64,000 nt of DNA, from NCBI GenBank assembly GCA_034780895.1, contig JAUZTB010000080.1, positions 10,605,010 through 10,669,009 on the forward strand, given 5' to 3'. This document shows, one piece after another, positions 13,102 through 26,741 of the stretch; the stretch's first letter is position 1, and every line of letters starts with the position of its first letter. The translations under genes and the position numbers were made by a program. Source of the stretch: Rhynchobatus australiae. Its lineage: Eukaryota. The notes under the pieces are model-generated. The model saw only the letters and a list, made by a program, of their open reading frames with translations. It ran no database searches and was not told the origin of the DNA.

Positions 13102-14759
13102 GCCATTGAGCAGATTGAATATAATATTTAAAAAAAGAGGTCATCTACTTCAATGAAAACTATTTATGACTCCTGTTTCTGATCACCACACTCTGATAGT
13201 TGTGGAGCAAAGGCTAACTTCAGCATTGATGTCCATCATTAGAAACCCCACAAACACTCAGTGCCCTGGGTCTCATGTGAATAATGCAGAATTACTGAGC
13301 AAAGCAAAACAGAACAATCAAACAAAAAGGATGCAAATATTTATTCAATGTTGATTGAAGGTAATAGCAACTCAGGATCAGGACAAGAGAAATACAGTAA
13401 GAGCTGAAGAGCCCAAAGATCATAATGTTCTGTGGTGGGCAGAAACTGAAAACTGCAGATTCATTTTCTTTCTGATTGCTATGGTGCAGAAACAAAGAAA
13501 ACATTTCAAGAACAGTCGGACAACTTCAAGTAGTAGAGATGCAAAAATGGATTTGTATGCTGGGGTTCTCCACCATCACCATAAATCAGAAAATGGCCAG
13601 TTCTTACAGAGACAGAGAAAACTAGTTATCCAAGTCTGAACTGGCCACTTCTACTGCAAGTCATCCATCTCTAATACTGGCTCAATTTTTCTCATTCCAT
13701 TAGCACAGCCTGATCATGCAAAGTTGGGTGGCAGTGTAAGCTATGAACAGAATGCAAAAGTATGTCAGGAAGATATAGGCATATTAAGTGAATGTGTCAG
13801 TACTGTATTTGCATCTTTTAACACCCTATATTGTCACTGTCTAACTCCAATTAACCAAATGACTGGATGATCTCTAAAACCTATCCCTATGGCAACCCTG
13901 CTCTCACCCTGTTACAGATATTTCCTTTATTCTATTCATCCCTTCCCCATCCTGTCTGCAGTTTTTCCCCTTTTCCAATTCTGACAAAGGATCTCCAGCC
14001 CAAAATATTAATAGTTTCTCTTTCTGTGAATGTGGTTTTTATTTCAGATTTCCAGCATCTGCATTTTTTTTTCCAAAAACTTTTATGTGCAATTGGAGTT
14101 ATTCTGCTGAATGAACTATGCAAACACCATACTTTTTATGCAGGTGAGTCGCCTGGATAAACATCCCCACTTAACAAGGAAGAGTTCAAGCCAGTTATTA
14201 AATTGTCAAAAAGCTTACTTAGCTTATAATTTTCTCCTTTGATATATTTATTCCCATTCTCATTCTCTATTCTATCACTATGAAACATTTCTATCTGTAC
14301 TTGAGTTTAATATAATTAATTACTGTCAAATTATGGATAGTTTGTTACCATTTTTCATGCCCACAAGTAACAGAGATAACAACTCCTAACTTTCTCTCAC
14401 AAACCAGTCTTATAACCAAACAAATGAGATAAAATCACCTAGCAAAGCCTGGACTGAAGCCTAGATCTAAAAGATGAACCACCAATGATTATTAGATGCT
14501 GCTCCCCATTTGGATTGCCAACAGTGCGTTCTAACTATTAGAAGCAGGTCATGGGCAAGGCTACAGTATACTGCAGTGAATCACAGAAGAACCTTGGAGC
14601 AACATAAGCTTTGTCAGTCAAATTGCATTCTGTAAAAGGAGGACACTGCATGAAATGAAATAAGGGGAAAGAGGGGAAAAAAAAACTGAGCATGAATCTA
14701 AGTTACACATCTGACTACAGTCTAAAGAACGTTCAGAAAAAATACCTAAACTCTAAGTA

Positions 14760-14856
14760 TCACACACAAATGCTGGAGGCACTCAGCAGGTCAAGCAGCA
14801 TCTCTGGGGGGAAATGAACAGTCGACATTTTGGGCCAAGCCCCTTCATCAGAGTGC
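14760..14856 (-). mobile_element. Penelope-derived terminal element with hammerhead-like core
   Basis: Minus strand ctCTGATGAaggggcttggcccAAAAtgtcgactgttcatttc...agatgctgcttgacctgctgagtgcctccagcatttgtgtgtg. Confidence 0.65.
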
Positions 14857-17800
14857 TTTTCAAAAAGTGAGCTATTCACCCTTTAATCTCGGAGAGCAAA
14901 TATTTCTCATTCCCGAGAGAAAGCTGGACACATTTCCTTCCTCTCAATTTTATCTCCATTTTCCTCAGGTTCACAAACATGTGGCAGTCTCTAACAAGAG
15001 CAAATCTGGGAAGGAGTCTGAGGCTGTAACTGGGATGGTAATTCAAAGAATCTTACCACCCATCTTGCCAGCAATAGCTCTTTCAGAAAGTGCTCTTAAA
15101 TTGCAGTTAGCACCAGTGAGTGACCAGGCCAGGTCAGGGCCAATTCCTGCTTTCTGATATTGGCTAAGCTTCCCGAGTTTGTCATCAATTGGGACATCCA
15201 ATTCTTAGCTCAAATCCTCAGCATAGCCTTCCTGATATTTCTTATGGTTACTACAAGGTGCTGGGCTTCAGGGTGAACTGGGTGCTGCTGTTAACACCTG
15301 TTCCTTTCTAAGGATTATGAAACTGATCTATTTTTAAAATTTAAAAAATGGGAAACTATTGTTCCATATTAAAATCCAGTGGTACAGACAACATTTGTTT
15401 CAGATACAGGATGTTCTGTGCAATCAATACTGGAAGTTGGCAACCCAGCCTTGCAAATGTGTCAAAATGATTAAATACAAAAACATTATTTGGAAAGTAG
15501 GTTTTAAAAAGCTACCAATCTTGTTTTTCATCATTCTGCTGGTCAAAGCTCAACACCATGCACAGTTTACTTAACGGCATAAACATTTCTCAAGTGAGCT
15601 TGCAGTCTGAATCATACACACTTTTGTTGATGTATCAATTCTTGTTGTGGTATGAAGGTTTTTCTTTTGCCAGTTCTCTGCTTTGTTGCTTGTGGAATCA
15701 TAGTTACACCTCTGTGGTCCATATTACTTGAAAGGCCAAATTTCACATGCAAGCTGGGATAGTAACTCTAGCAACTTCCAACTTTTGTAGGACACAGCAA
15801 AGAGCTGACATTAACTCCACTCAACATTTGCCCATGCTTTCCAGCACAGATCAACAAAAAGATTTTGGAGATGGAATTCCAAAACCATTGCCTCTTTCTG
15901 GCATGTTTTCATGAGCAAACTCATGACCTGGGATCTTACTGGATAGAAGTCAGAGCATTTTTTTCAGGGACAAATGGACAGAAGATTATGATCAAGCTGA
16001 ACCATCATGCAGAAGCTGCAATAATCACATGCCCTCTTCCCTAACAACTCTACAATAGAATCATTGCCATTGTCTGAATATTAAGTCTTAATGACATGTA
16101 CTAATCTGAAATATTAATAATGATGTAATAATTAACCAGCTATTTTGTTTTGCTGAGGGACAGTTAAATTTGATATAAGCAATACAATGATATATTCTGG
16201 AAAATGTACATATTTAATTCATGTAGAAAATCAAAAGGGTGAAGATAAGAATTTAAGGAAACGAACTACAAGCGACCCCTATAGTACAATGGGTTCCATT
16301 TCTAGAAAATGGTCCATATCACAATTTTCCATAACATGAAGCTGTGTGATTTGTGCATTCATGAAGAAATACATGAAAAAAATTGTATTTATTTACTTTT
16401 TTTCCCACTTTTAAATCTGAGAGAGCGGATTTTATTCCCCATCTCAAATTTTTGATTAGTGATTTGTGAATTCTGTAAGGGCAAATTTCTATTACCCAAA
16501 TGAAACCTACTAAATGTCTGCTGTGAAGCACCAGATCAATGGGAAGGTGTGGAGCAAGAATTTAGGTTATGTAAAAGGAACAGATTCAATTGTTATAGGC
16601 AACTTCAGTTTCAAGTTATTACAGGCAGAGTGAGCCATCCCTGAAGAGGATTCCAATAGTGAAAATATGATAATGGTTATAATATTAAATTAGAAACAAT
16701 TTGTCAAGGGACTCATAGAAACAGGAATACCACTCAGCAATTAGGAGATGATAATAGACAAAGACAGTAGGCAAAAAGCAGAGAAGACTTTGCCCAAAAT
16801 GGCATTGAAATAAAGCCCTGCCTCATAATGGGAAAGCAATTGAGCACAATAAGAACATTCAGTTTTATGATTGCTGATTTGAAAGTGCAAGGGGTGAAGA
16901 GAAGAAACTGGACAATGGTATTGTTGCAGGAGAAAAGAATACAAGAAAAAAAATGTACTTTAGGTGTAGAAATACTAGTATAGAGTAGATACTGACGCCC
17001 ACCATAGGTAAATAGCAGGGGAAAGATCAACATGGAACAGGATAAAACATAAAACTAGAGGCACTTTAACGACCTGAAACAAGGTAGAGGAGGTAAGACA
17101 CTAATAAAACAATGCAAAATAGAAAGAGATTTGCATAGCAGGCTTGTTAAAAGTCATTTCAACCATCTCAGTAGAATAATCACAGTATGCAAAGATATAA
17201 GCAAATGATGGAGCCCACCTACACCAATCTTAGAAAAGGGAAGAGAAAGTTATCAAAATATAGGCTAGTGAGCCCAACATGCTCTGATTAAAATAATCAG
17301 CAGGCATCCTGAATGAGTTACTGAAATATTGGTGCAATGTCACAGAGTTACAGAGAATGGAAACAGGCCCTTCAAGCTTGTGACAACCAAAGCTAAAAGT
17401 TAACATGGTTCTGTGGAAGAAAGATTTTGTTCTGCAGAAGTAATAGATCTTGAGGAAAATTCTGCAAACAAGACACAGATTTCAGCAAAATAAAGCTATG
17501 CCACTTGAATAGAATTTTTTTTTATATAATCACTGAAATTTATGACATAGGTGGTGATATTTCAGCCCATCATGTAGATGCTAGCCAAAAACTGAATTAC
17601 TTAGGAAACTCTCACTTCACAGTTCCCATTCTGTTATGCCGTGGGTACCTGGAAATGGGCCTGAAGGTAGTCAGAAAACGGTTGTTGAAATAGATTGGCT
17701 ATGATCTCAATAAATAGCAGAACAGGCGCAAGAGACTATATAGCCTAATACTACTACTACTTATATTCAGAAACAATTAATTCAAAAGGTTAGAAGACAT

Positions 17801-18317
17801 TGACTTAAGGCAAACATCAGACATAAATAGGACATTGACTAGAAGTAAATTCTAAATGCAGCAAGTGGAATGGCGTTCGGCACATAGTCATTAGCTCAGC
17901 CATTTGGAACAGAGCATACAATTTGGGCACGGTGCCAGAAACAAAATTAATTTGCACTTCACAATGAATTCAGGTGTTGGGTAACAGTTCAAATTATAGG
18001 GAAATTGCAGAGCGAATTTGGAGGAATCTAGATCGTCAGGAATAGCACACTGGATTGCACATAAGCAGAAATGTGGTAATATTTTATTGAGGAAAAACAA
18101 ATAATAGCAAAACAAACTAAATGGAACAGATCTCAGCACAAGATTAGGTAAGGGCACTGGATACTGGCTCAAATGAAACTAATGCTTCCCGTACAGTGGA
18201 AAGTCATTGAGCTTAATATATTGTTTAAGCTAGACTGAAGTTTCATAGAAAATGTTGTTTAATAACAGCAAAAATGTTACCCCAATAATATGTTAATATA
18301 CATTAGAAACAAGTGTT

Positions 18318-18535
18318 GAAAAAAGCTATGATGCTGGAGGAACTCAGTATGCCAGGCAGCATCCATGGAGAAGAGCAGGCAGTCAATGTTTTGGGTCAGG
18401 ACCCTTCTTCAGGACCCCTGACCCTAAACGTTGACTGCCTGCTTTTCTCCACGGGGTGCTGCCTGGCCTGCTGAGTTCGTCCAGCATCATAGTGTTTTTC
18501 ATCTAGATTCTAACACCTGCAGCCCTTTGTTTCTC
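18318..18535. mobile_element. Penelope-derived fold-back (inverted-repeat) element with TSD-like flanks
   Basis: Arms 18326-18400 and 18417-18492 are about 88% complementary, with a 16-nt loop. Flanks are agaaacaagtgtt (18305-18317) and agaaacagtgtt (18536-18547). Confidence 0.75.
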
Positions 18536-18913
18536 AGAAACAGTGTTCACTGGCTCTAGTTTAAGAGTAATGGAGCAGACAGTTGAGATTTCACTACTCC
18601 ATAAAAAGAATTCTAAATGTGAGAACTGAACAGCCCTAATTGTATACAGCTTATTTTCACTCATCTGAACAAGGTGTGCAGGAATTTAGCTGCAATTTAT
18701 ACTAAACCNNNNNNNNNNNNNNNNNNNNNNNNNNNNNNNNNNNNNNNNNNNNNNNNNNNNNNNNNNNNNNNNNNNNNNNNNNNNNNNNNNNNNNNNNNNN
18801 NNNNNNNNCTAAACCATCAAAAATGTTGTAGAAATAGCAATGCAAACCAGCACCAATTTAAAACAAAAACTTTATTTGAATACTCAGTGAAAGGATCAGA
18901 CCTTTTTCCTCAC

Positions 18914-19001
18914 CTTCTGAGTGGCGTCTTTCTTCTTTTTGTCCTCTTTTTTCCTTTTCTTTTCTTCCATTAACTGTTCTTCCTTTTCTTCTTCCTTCTC
19001 T
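18914..19001 (-). CDS. TNRC6B: TNRC6B 88-nt exon (charged N-terminus)
   Basis: ttgtAG|A GAG AAG GAA GAA GAA AAG GAA GAA CAG TTA ATG GAA...GCC ACT CAG AAG|GTgag encodes (R)[29 protein letters not shown], close to the recalled human N-terminus [31 protein letters not shown]. Confidence 0.93.
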
Positions 19002-19639
19002 CTACAACACAATTTAAGAAAAGACTGATTATTTATTTATTAAAAAGTAGAAAACAAAAATTGCAAGTGCTAGAAACAAAAACTAAAGATTAGAAATACA
19101 AAATATTGCCAACACCTCTAGATTCTCAGGAACCAACTGTATTCAGCTAACTTTTCAAGTTACTTTAGAGATTTCCTTCCTGCAGTGAGAAGTAGTTATT
19201 AGTGCTAGTGTGGAAACAGCAAAGCTAGTTTGAATATTTATCTTAATTAAGTCTGTGATAGATTTCTTCACAATTCCTTGTAATACAAAAAAAATCCTGC
19301 AGTGAAAATTCTACTGGTCAAATACAGGGAAAAAAATTCAGGCAAAGATCTTATCAATGCTAGGCCAGTTGTGCAAATGCAGAAGGCCTCAGACTTGCAA
19401 ACCAACTCCAAGCTTGTAGTTCAATTAAAATTTCGAATGTAATGTCACCTACAATATAGCTTAAAGGCCATCTGCAGGAACTTTCCTCTGGTCTCCACCA
19501 TGGTAGATCTGCTGTGCCATGTGTATCCGGTCTTCGATACAAGACACGAACACCTGTGGGACAACTGCAACTGTCAACTATATATATTCGTATTACAGAT
19601 TATGAACACATTTTTGGATATATCCGAAAGTATATATCC

Positions 19640-21745
19640 AAAAAAGTATTAAATTGGTGCAGCACAAATTACAGCATTATTAGGCAGGAGCTCGGGAGAG
19701 TAAATTCGAAGCAGCTGTTATTGGTTAAGTCCATATCTGACATGTGGGAGTCATTTATAGACCAGATGACCAGAGTTTAGGACAGGCATGTTCCAGTAAG
19801 GTGGAAAGTCAAAAGGTGGCAAGGTAAAGGAAACTTGTATGCTGAGAGGTTACAAATTTAGTCAAAAGAAAAAGGAAGCATATGTAAAGGTTTAAGAAGC
19901 TGAAACCAGACAGGGCCTTTGAGGAATATAAAGAAAGCCAGAAAGAACTCAAGCAAGGGATTAGGAGGGCCAAAAGGGGACATGAAATATCCTAGGCAAG
20001 TAGGATTAAAAGAGAATCCCGGTGCAGTTTTACATAATTATAAACAAGAAAACAACTAGAGAGAGGGTAGGACCACTCAAGAATAAAGAGGAGAATTTAT
20101 GCTTGGAGTCAGAGGAAGTCTAAGTACTAAACAATTACTTTTCATCAGTATTCGCTACGGAAAAGGACATGGAGGATATTCTAATATGCTGAGGCATTTT
20201 GAGATCAAGGAGATGTTGTTGGGTCTCTTGAAGAGCATTAAAGTGCATAAATCCCCAGGGCCCAATGGGATCTATCCCAGGTTATTGAGAGGCAAGAGAG
20301 GAGATTGCTGGGGCTTTGATGAAAATATTTGTATTCTTTCTAGCCATAGGCGAGGTCCTGGAGGACTGGAGAATAGCCAATGTTGTTGCTTTGTTTAAGA
20401 GGGGAAAGAGGGATAATCTGTAATATTATAGACCAATGAGCCTCACATTAGTAGTAGGGAGGCTATTGGAGAGGATTCTTAGGGATAGAATTTCCTTGCA
20501 TTTGGAAGAACATAGGATAATTAGGGACAGTCAGTATAGCTTTGTGCAGGGCAGGTCATGTCATGTCTTACAAACTTGACTTGAGTTTTTTTTTTGAGTA
20601 AGTGATCAGTGCTTGATGAGAGGAGGGATGTTGTATACATAGACTATTTAGTAAGGCATTTGATAAGCTCCCTCATGGCAAGTTGATCAGGAAGATTAAG
20701 ATGCATGGGATGCATGGCAAATTGGTAGTTTGAATTCAGAATTGGCTTGCCCAAAGAGAGAGTAGTGGTAGAAGTGTGTTATTTTGGCTGGAGGTCTGTG
20801 ACCAATGCTGGGACAAAGAAGTAGATGGGTTCGTTCGTAAATTTGCAGATGACGAAAAAATTGAAGGAGTTGCAGACAGTGCGGTGATCGTCAGAGGGTA
20901 CAGCAAGATATAGATTAGTCACAGTTATGGGCAGAGAAATGGCAAAATTGAGTTTAATCCAGGCAAGTATCAGGAGTTGCACTTTGGGAGGTCAAATGTA
21001 AGAAGAGAAAGTCCATTTCCCCTGTTAATAGCAGGACCCTTAACAGCATTGATGCGGAGTCAAAATCCATACCTCCCTGAAAGTGGCAGGTTGATGGAGC
21101 TGTAAAGAAGGCATATTGTATGCTTGCCTTCATTACTTGGGGCACTGAGTACAAGAGTCAGGAAGTCATTATGTTACAGTTGTATAACGCTTTGGTTAGG
21201 CCACACCTGGAGTATTGTGTGCAGTTCTGGTCACCCCACAACAGAAAGGATGTGGATGTGGAAGTCTTGCAGAGGGTTCAGAAGAGGTTTACAAAGATGC
21301 TGCCTTGATTAGAAGGTATTAGCTACAAGGAGAGGATGGACAAACTTGGATTGTTTTTTCTGGAGCATTAGAAACAGAGGAAACCTGATAGAAGTTTATA
21401 AAGTTATGAGGGGCATAGCTAAAGAAGACAGCCAGTATCTTTTCCCCAGGATACAAATGTCAAATACCACAGGACATGGCTTTAAGGTGAGAGGGGGAAA
21501 GTTTAAAGGGATTGTGCAGAACAGTTTGTTTTTTTTTAAAAAGAGAACAATGGGTCCCTGGAACACAGTGCCGAGGTGGTAGTGGAAGCAGATACGATAG
21601 TGGCATTCAAAGAGGCTTTTAGATCGGCACATGAATGAGGGATATGCATCATGTGTAGGCAGAAGAGATTAGTTTAATTTGGCTTCATGCTTGGCATAGA
21701 CATCATGGGCTGAAGGGCCTGTTCCTGTGCTTACTGTTCTACGTT
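19640..21745 (+). mobile_element. CR1 LINE, about 2.1 kb 5'-truncated copy, frameshifted
   Basis: ORF-track fragments KSPGPNGIYPRLL, AFITWGTEYKSQEVIMLQLYNALVRPHLEYCVQFWSPH..KDV and RGNLIEVYKVMRG; YRP.SL and KFADD motifs; 3' tail gggctgaagggcctgttcctgtgct. Confidence 0.92.
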
Positions 21746-23479
21746 TGCTGTCTTTAATTATTAGAATTACTGTTGGCTTAAAGAGTAGGATCATTGATTT
21801 TATAAACTGTTCAGTAGGTTCCAAGTCATTGACACACAACCTGTGGCCCAAAGGTCAATTCCAGTCAATAGGTTATTTTGATTTCCCCATCCCCAGAAAT
21901 ACTTTGAACTCCCCTGACAACCAAATGAAAAATAATCAAAAATTATTAAAAATGAATTATTCTATTAAACAATTTAAGTTGTGTTAAGTGAGAATTAAAA
22001 CATGTTTGTTAACCCAATTTTTTCCAAAAGCTCCAAATTACCTTAAACTTGTGCACTTGTATCATAAAAATCAATCATGGCAAAAATGCATCCAAATTAT
22101 TCAACTTACTCCAAGTTTTATCATCTTTCTCCCCAAAACAGCAACTTTATTCATCCCATAATTCCTAAAGGTGTTCTAGTAAACTACCTAAAATACTCAC
22201 TCTTCTTGGATCACCCAAGAGTGAGAAACTTACAAATTGGGGGCAGATGCCAATTCCAACATCAAAAATGTGCTTTATGATAAGCATACTATGTCTGGTG
22301 ATACAGGTCATCAAGACATTGGTCCTCGTTATTGAGACTGCTGAGCATCTCTGAGCTGGTAAATTTCCCTCTTGCAAGGTAAAATCCCTATTCTGCTTCT
22401 ATGCATTGGTTACCTTTTTTAAAAAAAAATCTTGTAGCTCAACTAGCTCATAGAAAACCTGTCCTTCAATTGCATCCAAGATATAGCTTACCACAATCAC
22501 TCTCTTTTTACACACAACAACCCAGAAAGTTTAATCCAATTTTACTGTGACTACTTTGTATTAGTTCTGAAATTATTGTTGGCTTTCAACTGTCAAGAAT
22601 AGTTTAGGATTCTATCAGTGACTATCAAGCAATTTTTTTGAACTTTCTCCATTACGGTGTTCAAGAAGGTCTGCCATTTGGTTGGGTCAAGATTGTTGCT
22701 AGTCTAAGCTGTTAAGCAACACCACAGGGGATACATTCGTATTCTTTTAAAAAGCCTTCATCTCTAATGTAACATCTAAACACTTCTGGAAAACGAAACA
22801 CAAAAATGGACATTCTGTTCACCATGCACCAAAAGTTTCCAGTAACATACAAAGGGTTATTGTTCGTTCATCTCCATACGCCCTGTCCCAATCTAGCTAA
22901 AATTTACAAAAATACAGCATGCTTACTGTTTCTGGTGGATATGAGAACAATTAATTAAAGTTTCAAGGTGATGCAAGGAACTGTGACTCCAAAGCAGATA
23001 TAAGACCTTAATTCAGTACAAATTGGCAATCAAACCCAGAAGCTTCATGAATGCATGGTGCTGAAGATTAAAATGTCACACTAGTGCACCTGGGTGTCCT
23101 CTGAAGTTGTGGATAAAGCAAACTGCTGGAGCAGAGGAGAGATATCTACAATGCATTAAACATAATCAAAGTACCCCAAGAGGAAAAACATTCCTGACCC
23201 TCAGCAGTGATGACCCAGGATGCAAAATTGATCAAAAACTTATTTCTTCAAACCTGCATTGGCCTTTTCATTACGTTTGAGCGTGTGTGAATTATAGACT
23301 TTTATCCTAAACTCACCCATCAGGTAACCTGCAAGAAGATAACACTATATTCCAAATGCAAATATCATTCATGTTAAATGCATCTTACTGAGTAGGCCAG
23401 GATTACATCTTGTTGCAGCATATTTGGTAAATCTGATAGGCACCAATTTGGGAAATATGAATTTTTGTCATTCAAGTGA

Positions 23480-23975
23480 TTCAGCAAGGCTGAGCCCATG
23501 CCCAATTGATCAAGAATGTAGTGGTGAGCTGCCTTCTTGAACTGCTGCAGTCTTTGAGGTGTGGGCATACCCAAAAAGCTGTTAGTGAGGGAGTTCCAGG
23601 ATCTTGACCCAGCAACAGTGAAGAAATGGCGATACAGTTCCAAGTCAGGGTGGTCTGTGGCTTGGAAGGCAACTTCCAGTTGGTGGTGTTCCCATGATTT
23701 TGCTGCTCTTGTCCTTCTAGCTCTTAGGGGTCTTGGGTTAGGAAAGTGCTACCCAAGGAGTCATGGTGAATTGCTTCAGTGAATCCTATAGATGGAACAA
23801 ACTGCTGCTACTGTGCACTGGTGGTAAAGTGAGTGAATGGTTGTGGATGGGGTGCCTATCAAACAGGTTGCTAAGATGTAGAGCTTCTTGAGTGCATTGT
23901 TGAAGCTGCAATCATCCAGGCAAGTGAAGAGTATTCCGTCACACACCTGACTTGAGCCTTGTTGATTTGATTCTA
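23480..23975 (-). mobile_element. Non-LTR retrotransposon 3' fragment (CR1/L2/Jockey-group)
   Basis: Translated fragments CLIGTPSTTIHSLYHQCTVAAVCSIYRIH and FFTVAGSRSWNSL...PTPQRLQQFKKAAHH, typical LINE ORF2 C-termini. A related copy lies at about 61770-62170. Confidence 0.7.
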
Positions 23976-24169
23976 ACCAGTGAATGGACTCCACTCCCCC
24001 CCCCCCACACTCCCCAATTTTGACTGACTCCAGTTTAGCCACTGCTCCCGATGTCATACTCAATGAAATGCTGCCTTCATCCACCATGTAAAAACCTAGC
24101 TTTCTGCCCTATTACTTGAAATATATTTTCATTTGAAATCCTTCACTACTTAAAAGCTCTTCCGAATAT

Positions 24170-25165
24170 GATGTGCCAGGGCAACTTGCGACCTCTACAC
24201 TTGCATCCCACACCAAGATGGCGAGAGGGCCCTTTGCTTCTTAGCTGAACAGAGGTCCAACTAGTTCCCCTGCACAACACTCATTCCTCTGGCTGAGCTC
24301 AATCACACACTGAATAATTTCTCTTTCAACTCCACTCACTTTTTCCAGATCAAAGGTGTAGCTTTGGCAACCCTTGTGGGACTAAGCTACTCCCATCTTT
24401 ATGTGGGATACATAGAACAGTCTTCGTTTCAGTCCTATTCAGACACCTTCTCTCAATCCTTTCTCCCAGTACGTCAATGACTACTGGTGCTGCTTTCTGA
24501 ATTTATAAGGAAATCAAAAACATTATTTTTGCTGTCAATTTCTACCTTGCTCTCACCTCAAGTGTTCTACCTCTGACCTTTCTCTTCCTGGATCCTTCAG
24601 TTTCATCTCAAGGGGATAGGCTACTGTCAAACATTGATTACAAGCTGACAGATTTCCGCAGCTTTCTCAACTATACTTCCTCCCATCCTGCGTCCTATTG
24701 AGACTCCATTCCATTCTCCTACTTCCTCTGCCATATTAGCTGCAACAACAAGGCTTTCATTACTTCTTCCTGCATCATGGCTTTGCATCTACCATAGCTG
24801 AAAGAGTCCTTCACATTTCCTTCAACGAGATTCCAGCAATAGATGCATCTTCCTCTGCCTTTTCAGCACTTAGAAGGACCATTCCATTCACAACTCCCTG
24901 GTCCACTCTTCCATCTCCACCAACAACTACTCTTCTTGCGGTACTCTCCCATGGAACTGTAGGAGATGCAATACCATTATTTTTAACTTCTTTCCTACCC
25001 ACCACTCAGGGACTTGAACAGTCCTTCCAGGAGAAGCATCAACTCACTTACAATTCTTCCAATTTGGTATGTTTCACTTTCCAAATATAATGACTGACCC
25101 ACTGAATATTTCTTGCATTTTTCATTCAGATATCCAGCATCTGCAGTTTTTTTTTGATTTTCATA
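24170..25165 (+). mobile_element. Penelope-like element RT/GIY-YIG ORF remnant
   Basis: Decayed motifs LYT.IPHQDG..AL.F..EQR, LAEL..TLNNFSFNSTHFFQIKGVA.., SY..LYVGYIEQS, YVND (from YIDD), then a Cys linker (..RRCNT) and SSNLV.., followed by a cagatatccagcatctgcagtt tail. Confidence 0.8.
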
Positions 25166-26741
25166 ACTGAGGAGCAAGGTGTTGGGATGAAGAAAATGTA
25201 TTTTAGCTGGAGTCTTTATTGACATGTCCAACATGGAAGACTTAAATCTAGCAATCCCAAAGCTAATACAAGAGGAAAATGGACCTGTGAACTTGCTTTA
25301 GATATGCTATGACACCACCATGAGACATGTGCATCCCAAGATGCACACTTCAATGAGTTGGATTGATGGGTTTTATGCTGGAGCAATCCATTAACACTCA
25401 ACCAAGGCTAAATGATGAAGGATCCATAATTTTAGTTTTAGGGCATTCTAGGAGTACTCCAGGACAAGATCTCTTATGAATGCATCTTGAAATTCTCATC
25501 CAGAGCACAAGCTATATTTTGTTGCTCACTGGATGCATTCTGAAAATCTTTTTAGTGTTTTGATTATATTTAATGTAGCACCATTTCTAACTAATGGGGT
25601 GGAATCTAATAATAATCTCAACACAATCCAATGTTTGAAGCAAATTGCATCCTTTGTTTTAAACATAAAACACAACAGATGGGCAAGTTATGAAATTAAC
25701 AAGAGGAAGGAGAAAACTGGTCTCCTGGTATGAAATGTGTGAGGAAGTGTTATTGATCAAGTCTATATATTCCACATATTGGACAGGGAGACAGGATAAA
25801 TGTCTTTAAACCAAAAAGAAAGCCACATTTCAAAGCTTGTGGTTTCATAAAACTTGGAAAAGGAAATTCAAAACAGCCAGCATCCATACAATTCACTAAC
25901 AGAGAATGAGTGGCAATGTACAGCAGCCACAACTTCCCTTTTGCTTATCAGCTCCTATAGTGTTAAGCAGATGGCTGATTTTCACGGGTGAAATTATGTC
26001 AAGTGGGGAACGATGAAGGCATATCACTAAAGTTTTTTTTGCTATCATTACGTTACTAAGAGCAAAAAGTTAATGCACACAAAATCAAAACTCTCTTTAA
26101 GCATTATACCCCATTTTCTTTTTAATAAATCAGGTTGCACCTTATGTGGTGCCCATCCAGACATGGAAATGAATCTACTAGTTAAATTATACAGACATGC
26201 TTCATGATCCAGTTACCACTCAGTAGCTAAATATTACATATACTTAAAATCCCACACCATGTAATCAAGGCTATAACAGACATTGTAGAACTCGAAATGA
26301 ACCCAGTAAGATAATTAAGCAGAGGGAGGTGGCTAGCAATAGAAATCTTATTGTACTGAGATAGTTGCTGTATACCAGCAACAGCATGGACTTTACTAAG
26401 CAAAGTCTTGATCCAGTGACAGAGTTGTTAGACAAGTGGAAACAAGGCTCTGCTCTGATATTAACCCACATAGGTGGACACTCGCAAAGGCGCCTTGCAG
26501 CAAGCGTACACACACACACAGATATCCTTATCAACTGTCTCCTCCTCATTTTCCATCCCAACTCTTTCTCCCATACCACCCATGACCCTTGCTGTCCCCA
26601 CCTGTCTGCTCCTTCAGTGTCCATTTTGTCCCTTGCAATTAGACTCCAACTTGAATCCTACAAGCTCCTCAGTCTCTACCATACTGTCACTTGCCCCACT
26701 CTGGCCCTTTACTTTCATCCCACTCTCCCAAGTTGTCCTCT

